Assembly (NCBI GenBank): GCA_963790475.1 | Contig: CAWBOS010000012.1 | Coordinates: 512,001 to 576,000, forward strand | Reading direction: 5' to 3' | Origin: an uncultured delta proteobacterium | GTDB lineage: Bacteria; Desulfobacterota; RBG-13-43-22 | Length of the DNA: 64,000 nt | In this document: positions 1-8,901 of the stretch, one piece after another | Layout: each line of letters begins with the position of its first letter | How positions within the stretch are numbered: position 1 is the stretch's first letter | Notes under the pieces: generated by a model | What the model was told of the DNA's origin: nothing | What the model saw: only the letters and a program-made list of their open reading frames with translations | Database searches by the model: none | Position numbers and translations under genes: made by a program

Positions 1-1
1 C

Positions 2-3000
2 AGACAAGAGCTGACCCCGGCCCGAAGGTTTTCTTTTATCGTCGGCCTGAATGAAAACAGCCATACCGCCCAAACCAGCCTGGTCAAGTTTTTGGAAGAT
101 GATTGCCCTCATCCAACCTTGAATGCCCTGGAAGAGGCCTTTAGCATAGAGAAGGTCACCAAAGAATTTTTCGAGAAATATCGTTCCCTGTTTCTTGAAT
201 TGAAAGAAGCCCTGGAAAATATCGTTTCCCGCCATGAAGTGGTCAAGAAAGATTTTGACTCGAAAGGCGTAGATATAACCAACTTTGCCAAAAAGACCCT
301 GGGTCAGATCGTCTTCCTCTATTTTCTCCAGAAAAAAGGCTGGTTTGGAGTGGCCCGGGACAACCCCTGGGGCACCGGTCCTAAAAACTTCCTGCGCCTG
401 CTTTTTGACGGGAGAAAATACGGTAATTTTTTCAACGACATTCTGGAACCTCTTTTTTATGAAGCCCTGGCCCGGGAACGTGACCAGGATTATTACAGCC
501 GTTTTGACTGCAAGATTCCCTTCCTGAACGGCGGGCTTTTTGACCCGCTCAATGATTATGACTGGGTCCATGCCGATATTATGCTTCCGGATGAACTCTT
601 TTCCAACGATTGTAAAACCAAAGAAGGAGACACCGGCACCGGCATATTAGATGTCTTCGATCGATACAACTTTACGGTCAAGGAAGACGAACCCCTGGAA
701 CGGGAGGTGGCGGTTGATCCGGAGATGCTCGGCAAAGTCTTTGAAAATCTTTTAGAGGTCAAAGACCGCAGATCAAAAGGCACCTACTACACCCCCCGCG
801 AGATCGTCCACTATATGTGTCAGGAGAGCCTGATCAACTATCTGGCCTCGGAACTGATCGGGTCCTATAGCGATATCTTCCTCCGAAAAGAGGATATTGA
901 AACCTTTATCCGTTTTGGAGAACTGACCAATGAAAACGACGCCCGGGTGGAAGAAAAAGGAAAGGAAACAAAAAGGTATTCTTACCGTTTGCCTGAGTCC
1001 ATCCGCACCAGGGCCGCCTTGATAGATAAAAAACTGGCTGAGATTAAGGTTTGTGATCCGGCTGTAGGTTCCGGGGCTTTTCTGGTGGGGATGATGAACG
1101 AGATCGTTAAGGCCCGCCAAATCCTCACTACCTATCTTGGCGAGAGTAAGAAACGCACTCCTTATCATTTTAAACGCCATGCCATCCAGAACTCCCTTTT
1201 CGGGGTGGATATCGATCCCGGGGCCGTGGAGATTGCTAAGTTACGTTTGTGGCTGTCTTTAATCGTAGATGAGGAAGACATTAAACAGATTCGTCCCCTG
1301 CCGAAACTGGATTATAAAATCATGCAGGGAAATAGTCTTCTTGAAGAGTATGAAGGCATCAAACTGTTTAATGAAAAACTGATTATGGATAAACCTTCCG
1401 ACGATTCCGAGCAGATCAAGGCCGAATTAAAAAGAAAACAAACGGACTTGCAAAAAGAATATTTTCAGCTTGATGCCCCCAGCAAGCTGACCAAAGTCAA
1501 AAAACAACAGCTTAAGGTAGAGCTGGAGGATATCGCCAGCAGATTAAAAAAATTGGAAAAACAAGAGGGAAGAAAGGAAGAAGATATTCCTCTTTTTGCT
1601 TCCGAGGCTAAAAAGATTGCCGAAGAACTGAAATATCTTCACAAAGAATTATTCGAAGCCTCGCAAAAATCCAGAAAGGAAGAGATCAAAAATCAGATTG
1701 AGGCCATGGAATGGGAGTTGATCGAAGCCACCCTGAAAGAGCAGGGCAAGACCTCTTCTCTGAAAGACCTCGAACAATACAAGAAAAATAACACTCGCCC
1801 TTTTTTCCTCTGGAAACTCCATTTTGCCGAAGTCTTCCAGGAAAAGGCCGGATTTGATGTGGTCATTGCCAATCCCCCTTATATCCGCCATGAAGGAATA
1901 AAATCCATCAAACCCCAACTGGCTAAGGCCTTTGGAGAATTTTATTGCGGCACCGCCGATATTTATACCTATTTTTATAAATGCGGGGTTGACCTGTTAA
2001 GGACTGACGGCCATCTCTGTTTTTTCTCCCCCAATAAATTCATGCGGGCTGGTTACGGCAAGAATATCCGAACCTTCCTGACCACAAAAGTTACTCCAAA
2101 AACGATCATTGACTTTGGTGACCTACCGATCTTTGATGCCACGACTTATCCAGCTATCCTGCTCGTGGGAAAAAAACGGGCTGGAAGTGAAAAGGCTTTC
2201 GCCGCCACCTTCACAGAACCTTCCCAACTTGAACGAGTTGAGGAAACGCTGGACCAAATCGGTTTTCCAATCTCTATTTCCTCCCTAAAAGAGAATGGAT
2301 GGAATCTGGAATCCCAGGAAGTGCAGGCCTTGATGGAAAAACTGCGAGGAGTCGGGGTCTCCCTTGGAAAATATGTGAAAGGGCGTTTCTATTATGGTAT
2401 TAAGACTGGCCTTAACGAAGCCTTTGTGATTGACGACATCACTCGGAGGAGATTAATTGCCGGAGACCCAAAGAGTACGGAACTGATCAAGCCCTGGCTC
2501 CGGGGACGAGACATCCGGAAATGGAAAACCGAGTGGGCAGGGTTGTATGTTATTTTTACCCGTCATGGAATCGAAATTGAAAAATACCCGGCTATTAAGG
2601 AATATTTGCTCCAGTTTAAAAAAGACCTGCAACCAAAAAGATCAGATAACCAAAAAAGTGGACGTAAGCCAGGGCCATATAGGTGGTTTGAGATTCAGGA
2701 CAATATTGCTTATTACAAAGAATTTGATCGACCTAAAATCATCTACCCGGATATTACCCAAAGTCCAAAATTCGCTTGGGACAAAAGTAAGGCATTCCTC
2801 GGCAACACAGTTTATTTTATTCCAACGGATGAGGTTTGGCTCATTGGCCTTCTAAATTCAAATCTTATCTGGTGGTATTATCAAAACATAAGTTCCACTA
2901 TCCGTGGCGGGTTCGTCCGGTTCTTTGCGCAGTATATGGAAACTCTTCCAATTCCGTCGGTGACAAATAGTGAAAAAGCCCCGATAATCAAGCTCGTCCA

Positions 3001-3127
3001 GATCATCCTGGCCGATCCCGACAGCCCCTCTGTCCCCCAACTCGAAACCGAAATTAACCACCTCGTCTATGGCCTTTATTCCCTCACTCGGGAGGAAATC
3101 GAGATTATCGAAGGTAACGGAAGATAA
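2..3127 (+). CDS. Type IIG restriction-modification enzyme / N6-adenine DNA methyltransferase (Eco57I/TaqI-C type), 5' end outside the window
   Basis: Motif I DPAVGSGAF, motif IV NPPY, LNGGLF and EMLGKVFENLL segments, TaqI-like C-terminal target-recognition region. The frame is open from base 2 (RQELTPARRFSFIVG...), so the TTG at 92 is not the true start. Confidence 0.9.
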   Translation, partial: RQELTPARRFSFIVGLNENSHTAQTSLVKFLEDDCPHPTLNALEEAFSIEKVTKEFFEKYRSLFLELKEALENIVSRHEVVKKDFDSKGVDITNFAKKTLGQIVFLYFLQKKGWFGVARDNPWGTGPKNFLRLLFDGRKYGNFFNDILEPLFYEALARERDQDYYSRFDCKIPFLNGGLFDPLNDYDWVHADIMLPDELFSNDCKTKEGDTGTGILDVFDRYNFTVKEDEPLEREVAVDPEMLGKVFENLLEVKDRRSKGTYYTPREIVHYMCQESLINYLASELIGSYSDIFLRKEDIETFIRFGELTNENDARVEEKGKETKRYSYRLPESIRTRAALIDKKLAEIKVCDPAVGSGAFLVGMMNEIVKARQILTTYLGESKKRTPYHFKRHAIQNSLFGVDIDPGAVEIAKLRLWLSLIVDEEDIKQIRPLPKLDYKIMQGNSLLEEYEGIKLFNEKLIMDKPSDDSEQIKAELKRKQTDLQKEYFQLDAPSKLTKVKKQQLKVELEDIASRLKKLEKQEGRKEEDIPLFASEAKKIAEELKYLHKELFEASQKSRKEEIKNQIEAMEWELIEATLKEQGKTSSLKDLEQYKKNNTRPFFLWKLHFAEVFQEKAGFDVVIANPPYIRHEGIKSIKPQLAKAFGEFYCGTADIYTYFYKCGVDLLRTDGHLCFFSPNKFMRAGYGKNIRTFLTTKVTPKTIIDFGDLPIFDATTYPAILLVGKKRAGSEKAFAATFTEPSQLERVEETLDQIGFPISISSLKENGWNLESQEVQALMEKLRGVGVSLGKYVKGRFYYGIKTGLNEAFVIDDITRRRLIAGDPKSTELIKPWLRGRDIRKWKTEWAGLYVIFTRHGIEIEKYPAIKEYLLQFKKDLQPKRSDNQKSGRKPGPYRWFEIQDNIAYYKEFDRPKIIYPDITQSPKFAWDKSKAFLGNTVYFIPTDEVWLIGLLNSNLIWWYYQNISSTIRGGFVRFFAQYMETLPIPSVTNSEKAPIIKLVQIILADPDSPSVPQLETEINHLVYGLYSLTREEIEIIEGNGR

Positions 3128-3158
3128 AAAACTTTCTGGGGAAGGAATGTGCTGGTAG

Positions 3159-3368
3159 TTATTTCTGAAGATTCTTGAAGGTTCTTCTAAGAATAGCTAA
3201 GGCGTTCATTCTGGCGGCAGTTTTGAAATAATGATGGCCTTCGGAACCTCTAATGTTTGATTCCCACTTAGCAGGTTTTCGGCAATAAACCAAGATGTCA
3301 TCACCTTGAATGGCATCCCCCGGTTCCCTATAAATTTTACTTGCATATTTAGAAATATCTTCAACCAA
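3159..3368 (-). CDS. Small hypothetical protein (about 69 aa), coupled to the upstream gene
   Basis: TTG start overlaps the TGA of the upstream ORF (TTGGTTGA); part of ORF 3159..3422. Confidence 0.45.
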   Translation of the reverse strand: MVEDISKYASKIYREPGDAIQGDDILVYCRKPAKWESNIRGSEGHHYFKTAARMNALAILRRTFKNLQK

Positions 3369-3660
3369 TTTTGCCCTCTTCAAGAAGCTCATTACAAGCT
3401 TGAACGACCATTTTGGGGTCAATTTTCAACTCTTCTATCAGCGTTTCATAGCCGATTTCTTTTCCATCATTTTTAAGAAAATATTGCGCTATTTCCTCTT
3501 TCACTTGGGGATATGAAATATCTCTTAATTCTATATAAGTGGCCGGGGATTTTTCTGATTCAAGCTCGGCAATCCTCTGTTCCAGCCGGGTAACTCTTTG
3601 TTTTAATAGTTCGAGATCTTCCCAGTAATCTGTCGTGGCTGGTTTTGCGTTCAGTTCCAT
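3361..3660 (-). CDS. Hypothetical protein with N-terminal coiled coil and C-terminal winged-HTH-like segment
   Basis: LKQRVTRLEQRIAELE coiled coil, then EIGYETLIEELKIDPKMVVQACNELLEEGKIG; TTGACA-17-CATATT promoter upstream at about 3736-3764 (- strand). Start at 3660 or 3714. Confidence 0.6.
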   Translation of the reverse strand: MELNAKPATTDYWEDLELLKQRVTRLEQRIAELESEKSPATYIELRDISYPQVKEEIAQYFLKNDGKEIGYETLIEELKIDPKMVVQACNELLEEGKIG

Positions 3661-3782
3661 TATTTCACTCTTTGGGTTTCTGGATGGATGTAGGAATAAG
3701 GCCGAAAGTCCCATTGATTGGAAAATTTTTCATTTAATATGCTGAAAATTATTAGAATTGTCAAGAAAAATGATTTATCTGA

Positions 3783-4307
3783 TTGCCTGATTACGACCTC
3801 TCTGACCCGGCCCGGGTTGTCGTCATCATTCGCGGGAAGGTGATAAACGAACAGTATACCCGGCTGCTGATGGAGAGAACAGACCTTGACCTCTGGGCTG
3901 TGATCCTGTTAGACAAAGTGCAAAAAGGAATCCGAATCGAGCACGAGGCCCATCAACGGTTAAAAAAACTCGGTCTGGTGGAAGGAAGATATCCGAATCT
4001 TTATATCAGCGCTAAGCTGGCAGCAGTTACTCAACAAAAAGCCAAACATATTTTACATCAAGGCCTTGGCCGGCAATATTATAAGGATTTGATACTAAAA
4101 TTGATTGATCAATATCAAGTTGTTTCGAGAGAAGACGTCAATCAGTTATTAGTAGATAAGCTGCCAGAAGGACTCTCGACCCCGCAAAAAGATAGTATGG
4201 TCCATAATCTCTTAACCGATTTGAGGGGCAAGGGAATTATAGAAAATACCGGGAGTAAACGTGCCCCTAAATGGAGCAGAAAAGGTGTTAGTTGGAAAGG
4301 AAAATAA
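3783..4307 (+). pseudogene. C-terminal fragment of an AlbA_2/HATPase_c_4 (RecG-C-like) regulator with terminal HTH
   Basis: PDYDLS...LLDKVQK...LVEGRYPNLYISA...VHNLLTDLRGKGIIENTGS resembles the C-terminal part of this family; begins abruptly with no RBS. Confidence 0.6.
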
Positions 4308-4493
4308 AGAATAAAATTGGACTTATTTAAACAATAAAATCGCCGGTCGTGTTTATAACTAATTAAAATTAATTAAAATAATTATTGTTTAAACAAAAAT
4401 AGAAAATATTTGCGAGCAGAAGAAGCCTACAACCGAATCGCTTCATTGGATATTTTTCTTGACCAGAAATCTCGAGATGAACACGTCCTGCCG

Positions 4494-5108
4494 CTATTGG
4501 ATGGTTTGCGGCAGTTTAAGGAGAGGGCCGAGCTGTGATTGGCCTACCATTGCGGCAAGCTGAATGGCCTTCTGCCCATTTTTAGCAATCTGTTGTTTTA
4601 TCGGTCGGGGCGTATAGAAGCATCCAATGCTCCCTGTCTCCGGGGTAAATCCCCAGAGACCTATGCGCAATTTACGAAAGAGGTCAATTCGTTGTTCCGC
4701 CAATTTTATTTTTTGGCTTGGTAGGACGAGGATTGAAGCATTGGAGACATATTTATAGCGATGGGCCTGCATTAGGCCTTTGCGCCAGTTTGATAGCTTG
4801 AATTCGAAAGCCCGCACAGTTGGAGTAAGCTTTTCCAGTTCAAAAAAGGAGGAAACCTTTTCATTCTGGCCGTTGGATCAACTGAGGACAAGTAAGTCAG
4901 GGATACCATTGCCAAATACTGGTACCTCGCGAATGAAAAGGGTTCTGCACTTATTGGTACCGTAGTGAATTTTTGTAAACCTATCCCGATAGGCCAAAGC
5001 AAATTGTTCTGCAAACTCAGCTTCCGCGGTTTTCCTGGGATCTATTGGAGAAAAATTTTTTTGTGGATTATGAGAAGGGTGCTCAAAGATACCCAGATTA
5101 TCGACCAT
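4494..5108 (-). pseudogene. PD-(D/E)XK nuclease-like protein interrupted by one in-frame TGA (4878-4880)
   Basis: ORFs 4878..5108 and 4494..4817 share a frame and are joined by an open linker; the combined motif is REV...IPDL...AFEFKL..W..GL.QA.RY. Confidence 0.65.
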
Positions 5109-5624
5109 TTGACATTCGCCTCCTCAATTGGTGACAAGGGAATTAACTATACCATTGGCAACTGAAATCTCTTAGGAGGAATCGAGGTTAAGATTTTGAA
5201 CCTTCAATGAGGCGGCAGACTAAAGCAAATTCCCGGGGCGGTCCTTTGATCTCGAAAAAATCAGGATGGATTTCAATTTATAACTTTGCCAATCACCATT
5301 CCGAAGCCTCAAGGGTTCCCAGTTCGACGTTGAGTAAGCCTCCCAGTTCTGTCGTCTGCGTCTGAATACCGGTCAGGAAGAAGGTTGGTCAAGATTCATC
5401 ACTCCGGCAGAGGGACTATTTTTTTCGTCCTACCCTAAAAAATAATTGAATTCATTTGAATTTGTCTTTATTATTATGCGGAAATACCGTTCGGCGTTAA
5501 AAGTGTTCGGCGTTCAACTGAACGTAAGTGCATAATATCTCATCCTCGAAGTAGGGAATCAATTTTTAATACGGATTGATTGAAGAATATCAGTAGATCA
5601 ATCGTCCGAAAGAAGGAGAATTCA

Positions 5625-7292
5625 ATGCGAAGTGATGTCATGAAAAAAGGAATTGAAAAAAGTCCCCACCGGTCGTTGTTTAAGGCCATGGGTTATACCG
5701 ATGAAGAAATCGCCCGCCCCCTGATCGGGATCGTCAACTCAGCCAATGAAATTATCCCCGGCCATATCCATTTGAACCAGATCGCTCAGGCCGTAAAGGC
5801 CGGGGTCCGCATGAGCGGCGGAACCCCTATGGAGTTTTGCACTATCGGGGTTTGCGACGGGATTGCCATGAATCATGAAGGGATGAAATATTCACTGGCC
5901 AGCCGGGAACTGATCGCCGATTCGGTGGAGGTTATGGCCCGGGCCCATCCCTTTGATGCCCTGGTCATGATCCCCAACTGCGATAAGATCGTTCCCGGCA
6001 TGCTCATGGCCATGCTGCGCTTGAATATCCCGGCCATCATGGTCAGCGGCGGCCCCATGCTCACCGGCCGGTGGCGGAAGAAAGATGTCCACCTGATCAC
6101 GGTCTTTGAAGGGGTCGGGGAGGTCAAATCGGGAACGATGAAGGCCCGGGATCTTTTGGAACTGGAAGATGTCGCCTGTCCGGGATGCGGTTCCTGCGCC
6201 GGGATGTTTACAGCCAACTCGATGAATTGCCTGACCGAAGCCATCGGTCTGGGACTTCCCGGAAACGGAACCATCCCGGCCGTCTCGGCGGCTCGGATTC
6301 GTTTGGCCAAGCAGGCCGGCATGAAGGTCATGGAACTGTTGAAAAAAAATATCCGGCCCCGGGCCATTGCCACCATGGCCGCTTTCCGCAACGCCATTGC
6401 CGTGGATATGGCCCTGGGCTGTTCGACCAATACGGTACTCCACGTGCCGGCCATAGCCCATGAAGCTCGGTTGGAACTGCCCCTGGATCTGTTTAACAAA
6501 ATCAGCAGGCGGACGCCCCATTTATGCAGTCTGATCCCCGGAGGTCCCAACAGTTTGCAGGAATTGGATGAAGCCGGAGGGATTCCGGCGGTCATGGCCG
6601 AGTTGATCAATATCAAGGCTATCGATCTGAAGGTCATGACGGTAACCGGTTCCCTGTTGGAAAAAAATCTAAAAGGGATAAAAGTCCTGGATCGGGAAGT
6701 CATCAGACCCTTTACCAACCCCTATCATGCTGAAGGCGGAATCGCCATCCTTTATGGGAATCTGGCCCCGGAAGGGGCGGTGGTCAAACAATCGGCCGTG
6801 GCCCCGGAGATGATGACCCACAGCGGCCCGGCCCGGGTTTTTAATTCCGAGCAGGAGGCCCAAAAGGCCATTCTCGGCAAAAAAATCAAAAAGGGAGACG
6901 TGGTGGTTATCCGCTACGAAGGCCCCAAGGGCGGACCGGGTATGCAGGAAATGCTCTCTCCTACCTCGGCCATAATCGGCATGGGATTAGGCAAGGATGT
7001 GGCCTTGATCACCGACGGGAGGTTTAGCGGCGGATCTCAAGGGGCGGCCATCGGGCATGTCTCTCCGGAAGCAGCGGCCGGGGGACCTATCGGCCTGATC
7101 AAAGAAGGCGACCGGATTGAAATCGATATTCCGAAAAAGAAGTTGACCCTCCTGGTTTCCAAAGAAGAGCTGAGCAAAAGACGAAAGGGTTGGAAGCCGC
7201 TTCCACCCAAGATCCAGTCCGGATACGCCTATCGTTATTCCCAGATGGTTACCTCCGGGAGCACCGGAGCGATTTTGAAGGATAGGCTTTAA
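5625..7292 (+). CDS. ilvD: Dihydroxy-acid dehydratase
   Basis: [38 protein letters not shown] and TDGRFSG motifs; RBS AAGGAGA before ATG 5625. Confidence 0.97.
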   Translation: MRSDVMKKGIEKSPHRSLFKAMGYTDEEIARPLIGIVNSANEIIPGHIHLNQIAQAVKAGVRMSGGTPMEFCTIGVCDGIAMNHEGMKYSLASRELIADSVEVMARAHPFDALVMIPNCDKIVPGMLMAMLRLNIPAIMVSGGPMLTGRWRKKDVHLITVFEGVGEVKSGTMKARDLLELEDVACPGCGSCAGMFTANSMNCLTEAIGLGLPGNGTIPAVSAARIRLAKQAGMKVMELLKKNIRPRAIATMAAFRNAIAVDMALGCSTNTVLHVPAIAHEARLELPLDLFNKISRRTPHLCSLIPGGPNSLQELDEAGGIPAVMAELINIKAIDLKVMTVTGSLLEKNLKGIKVLDREVIRPFTNPYHAEGGIAILYGNLAPEGAVVKQSAVAPEMMTHSGPARVFNSEQEAQKAILGKKIKKGDVVVIRYEGPKGGPGMQEMLSPTSAIIGMGLGKDVALITDGRFSGGSQGAAIGHVSPEAAAGGPIGLIKEGDRIEIDIPKKKLTLLVSKEELSKRRKGWKPLPPKIQSGYAYRYSQMVTSGSTGAILKDRL

Positions 7293-7426
7293 AGGTAATA
7301 AACTTTCTCAAATCAGTGAGGGAATCAAGGGAAGAAAAGAAACGGGGACATGAAGAAGGGGAAGCGCGGGGATCCAGGAAAAAAAGCAGGAGGGATTCCG
7401 CAATCAGAAATTGAAGGAGGTGTTTC

Positions 7427-8439
7427 ATGTTTGAGGCCCGCTTGTACCAAAAAAAGGAAGACCAGAAGGTCTGGTGCTATTTATGCAGTCATCGTTGTTT
7501 GATCAAAGACGGCAAACGAGGGATCTGCGGGGTTCGGGAGAATCAAGGCGGGACCCTCTACTCCTTAGTCTATGGAAAGCCCATTGCCGCTCATGTGGAT
7601 CCCATTGAAAAAAAACCTCTCTTTCATTTCTTACCCGGTTCCACCTCTTTTTCCATAGCCACCGCCGGATGTAATTTCCGCTGCCTCTTTTGCCAGAACG
7701 CCGATATTTCTCAAGCCGGGAAAATGAAAAGTATTCCCGGGCAAGAGACGGCCCCGGAAGAAATCGTCTCTGCTGCCCTTACAGCGCCCAGTGCCGGTCC
7801 ATTTCCTATACCTATACGGAACCGACCATCTTTTTTGAATATGCCCAGGACATCTCCCTCCTGGCTGAGCCCCAGGGGTTAAAAAATGTCTTCGTTACCA
7901 ATGGCTATATGACCCAGGAGATGCTTGATTCCATCCATCCTCATCTTCACGCTGCCAATGTCGACTTGAAGGCCTTTCGCGATAATTTTTATAAGACCCA
8001 ATGCGGGGCCAAATTGACCCCGGTTTTAGACACGCTGAAAAAAATGAAAAAATTGGGGATCTGGGTTGAGGTAACCACCCTGATCATTCCCACGCTTAAC
8101 GATTCCAAAGAAGAATTAAGCGAATTGGCCAGGTTCATTGCCGATGATCTGGGAGCGGAGACCCCCTGGCATATCAGTCGATTTCATCCCACCTACGAGC
8201 TTACCCACTTACCATCAACACCGGTCAAAACATTGCGGCAAGCCTGGGAAACCGGTAAGGAAGCGGGTTTGCGTTATGTCTACACGGGTAATGTTCCCGG
8301 AGACGCCGGAGAAAAAACCACCTGCCATCATTGCGGACAACTGCTCATTGATCGTTTCGGATTTTCCATTTTGAAAAATTTTCTGCAGCAAGGGAAATGT
8401 CCTCGCTGCCAGACTCCGATGGATGGTTTCGGTTTATAA
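7427..8439 (+). CDS. amrS: AmmeMemoRadiSam system radical SAM enzyme, split by a frameshift near 7780-7790
   Basis: CYLCSHRC..CGVR, VDPIEKKPLFHF and GCNFRCLFCQN in ORF 7427..7882; SYTYTEP, VTNGY, NVDLKAF and HISRFHP in overlapping ORF 7690..8439. Confidence 0.9.
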
Positions 8440-8524
8440 AAAAAAAGAAGAGCGAGAATCGCAGGAAGAAAAGAATGGGGATTAAAAAAAAATTAATTTT
8501 TTTTAAAATAAATGTATTTTTTTC

Positions 8525-8577
8525 TTGACATACTATATATAGTAGAATAAAATTTTCCAAAATACTATATATAGGAA
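8525..8577 (+). promoter_or_regulatory. sigma70 promoter overlapped by tandem NrdR-box-like operators
   Basis: TTGACA (8525)-17-TAAAAT (8548); ATACTATATATAGTAG (8530-8545) and ATACTATATATAGGAA (8562-8577), 32 bp apart. Confidence 0.7.
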
Positions 8578-8590
8578 AGGAGGAACTATC

Positions 8591-8794
8591 ATGGCAGCAA
8601 CCAAAAAAGCAAAGGCTCCTGCAAAAAAGACTGTGAAAGCCGCCCCCAAGAAGGCCGCTAAAACAGCCAAGAGCCCAAGCAAAAAGGCAACAGCCAAGAA
8701 GGCCCCGGCTAAAAAAGCCCCGGCCAAAAAGGCTGCTGCCCCAAGCCCCGGCAAAAAGGCCCCGGCCAAAAAAGCCCCGGCCAAAAAGAAATAA
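8591..8794 (+). CDS. Histone H1-like Lys/Ala/Pro-rich nucleoid protein
   Basis: 67 aa with repeated KKAPA/KKAAA pentamers; strong RBS AAAGGAGGA. Confidence 0.85.
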   Translation: MAATKKAKAPAKKTVKAAPKKAAKTAKSPSKKATAKKAPAKKAPAKKAAAPSPGKKAPAKKAPAKKK

Positions 8795-8847
8795 CCTTCT
8801 GGTTGTTGTGCTGTTGGGTAGTTAAATTTTTTCTTAACCTCTTTAAG

Positions 8848-8901
8848 GGAAGGATGGAATTTCTTCCTATAGAAGGAATTCCGATGTACCTTCCTTTTTT
8901 T
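8848..8901 (+). terminator. Probable intrinsic terminator between convergent genes
   Basis: GGAAGG..GGAATTTCTTC-CTATA-GAAGGAATTCC..CCTTCC hairpin followed by a T-tract. Confidence 0.55.

Noticed and set aside
4878-4880. Selenocysteine recoding of the in-frame TGA
   Set aside because: No SECIS-like stem-loop directly downstream and no redox-motif context; a Trp nonsense change is simpler.
5170-5560. Possible leader peptide, riboswitch or ncRNA upstream of ilvD (GTTCGGCGTT repeated twice)
   Set aside because: No Ile/Leu/Val-rich leader, T-box or terminator could be identified.
5873-6718. Long antisense ORFs (also 25455..26375, 27946..29334, 9647..10336)
   Set aside because: Shadows of well-supported genes on the opposite strand, with no motifs or RBS.
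7770-7800. Programmed ribosomal frameshift in amrS or the other split genes
   Set aside because: No canonical slippery heptamer with a stimulator, and these families are not known to be recoded.
8591-8794. CRISPR-like or DNA-level tandem repeat
   Set aside because: The repeats are codon-level KKAPA units with no spacers; no CRISPR array or cas gene is seen in the window.
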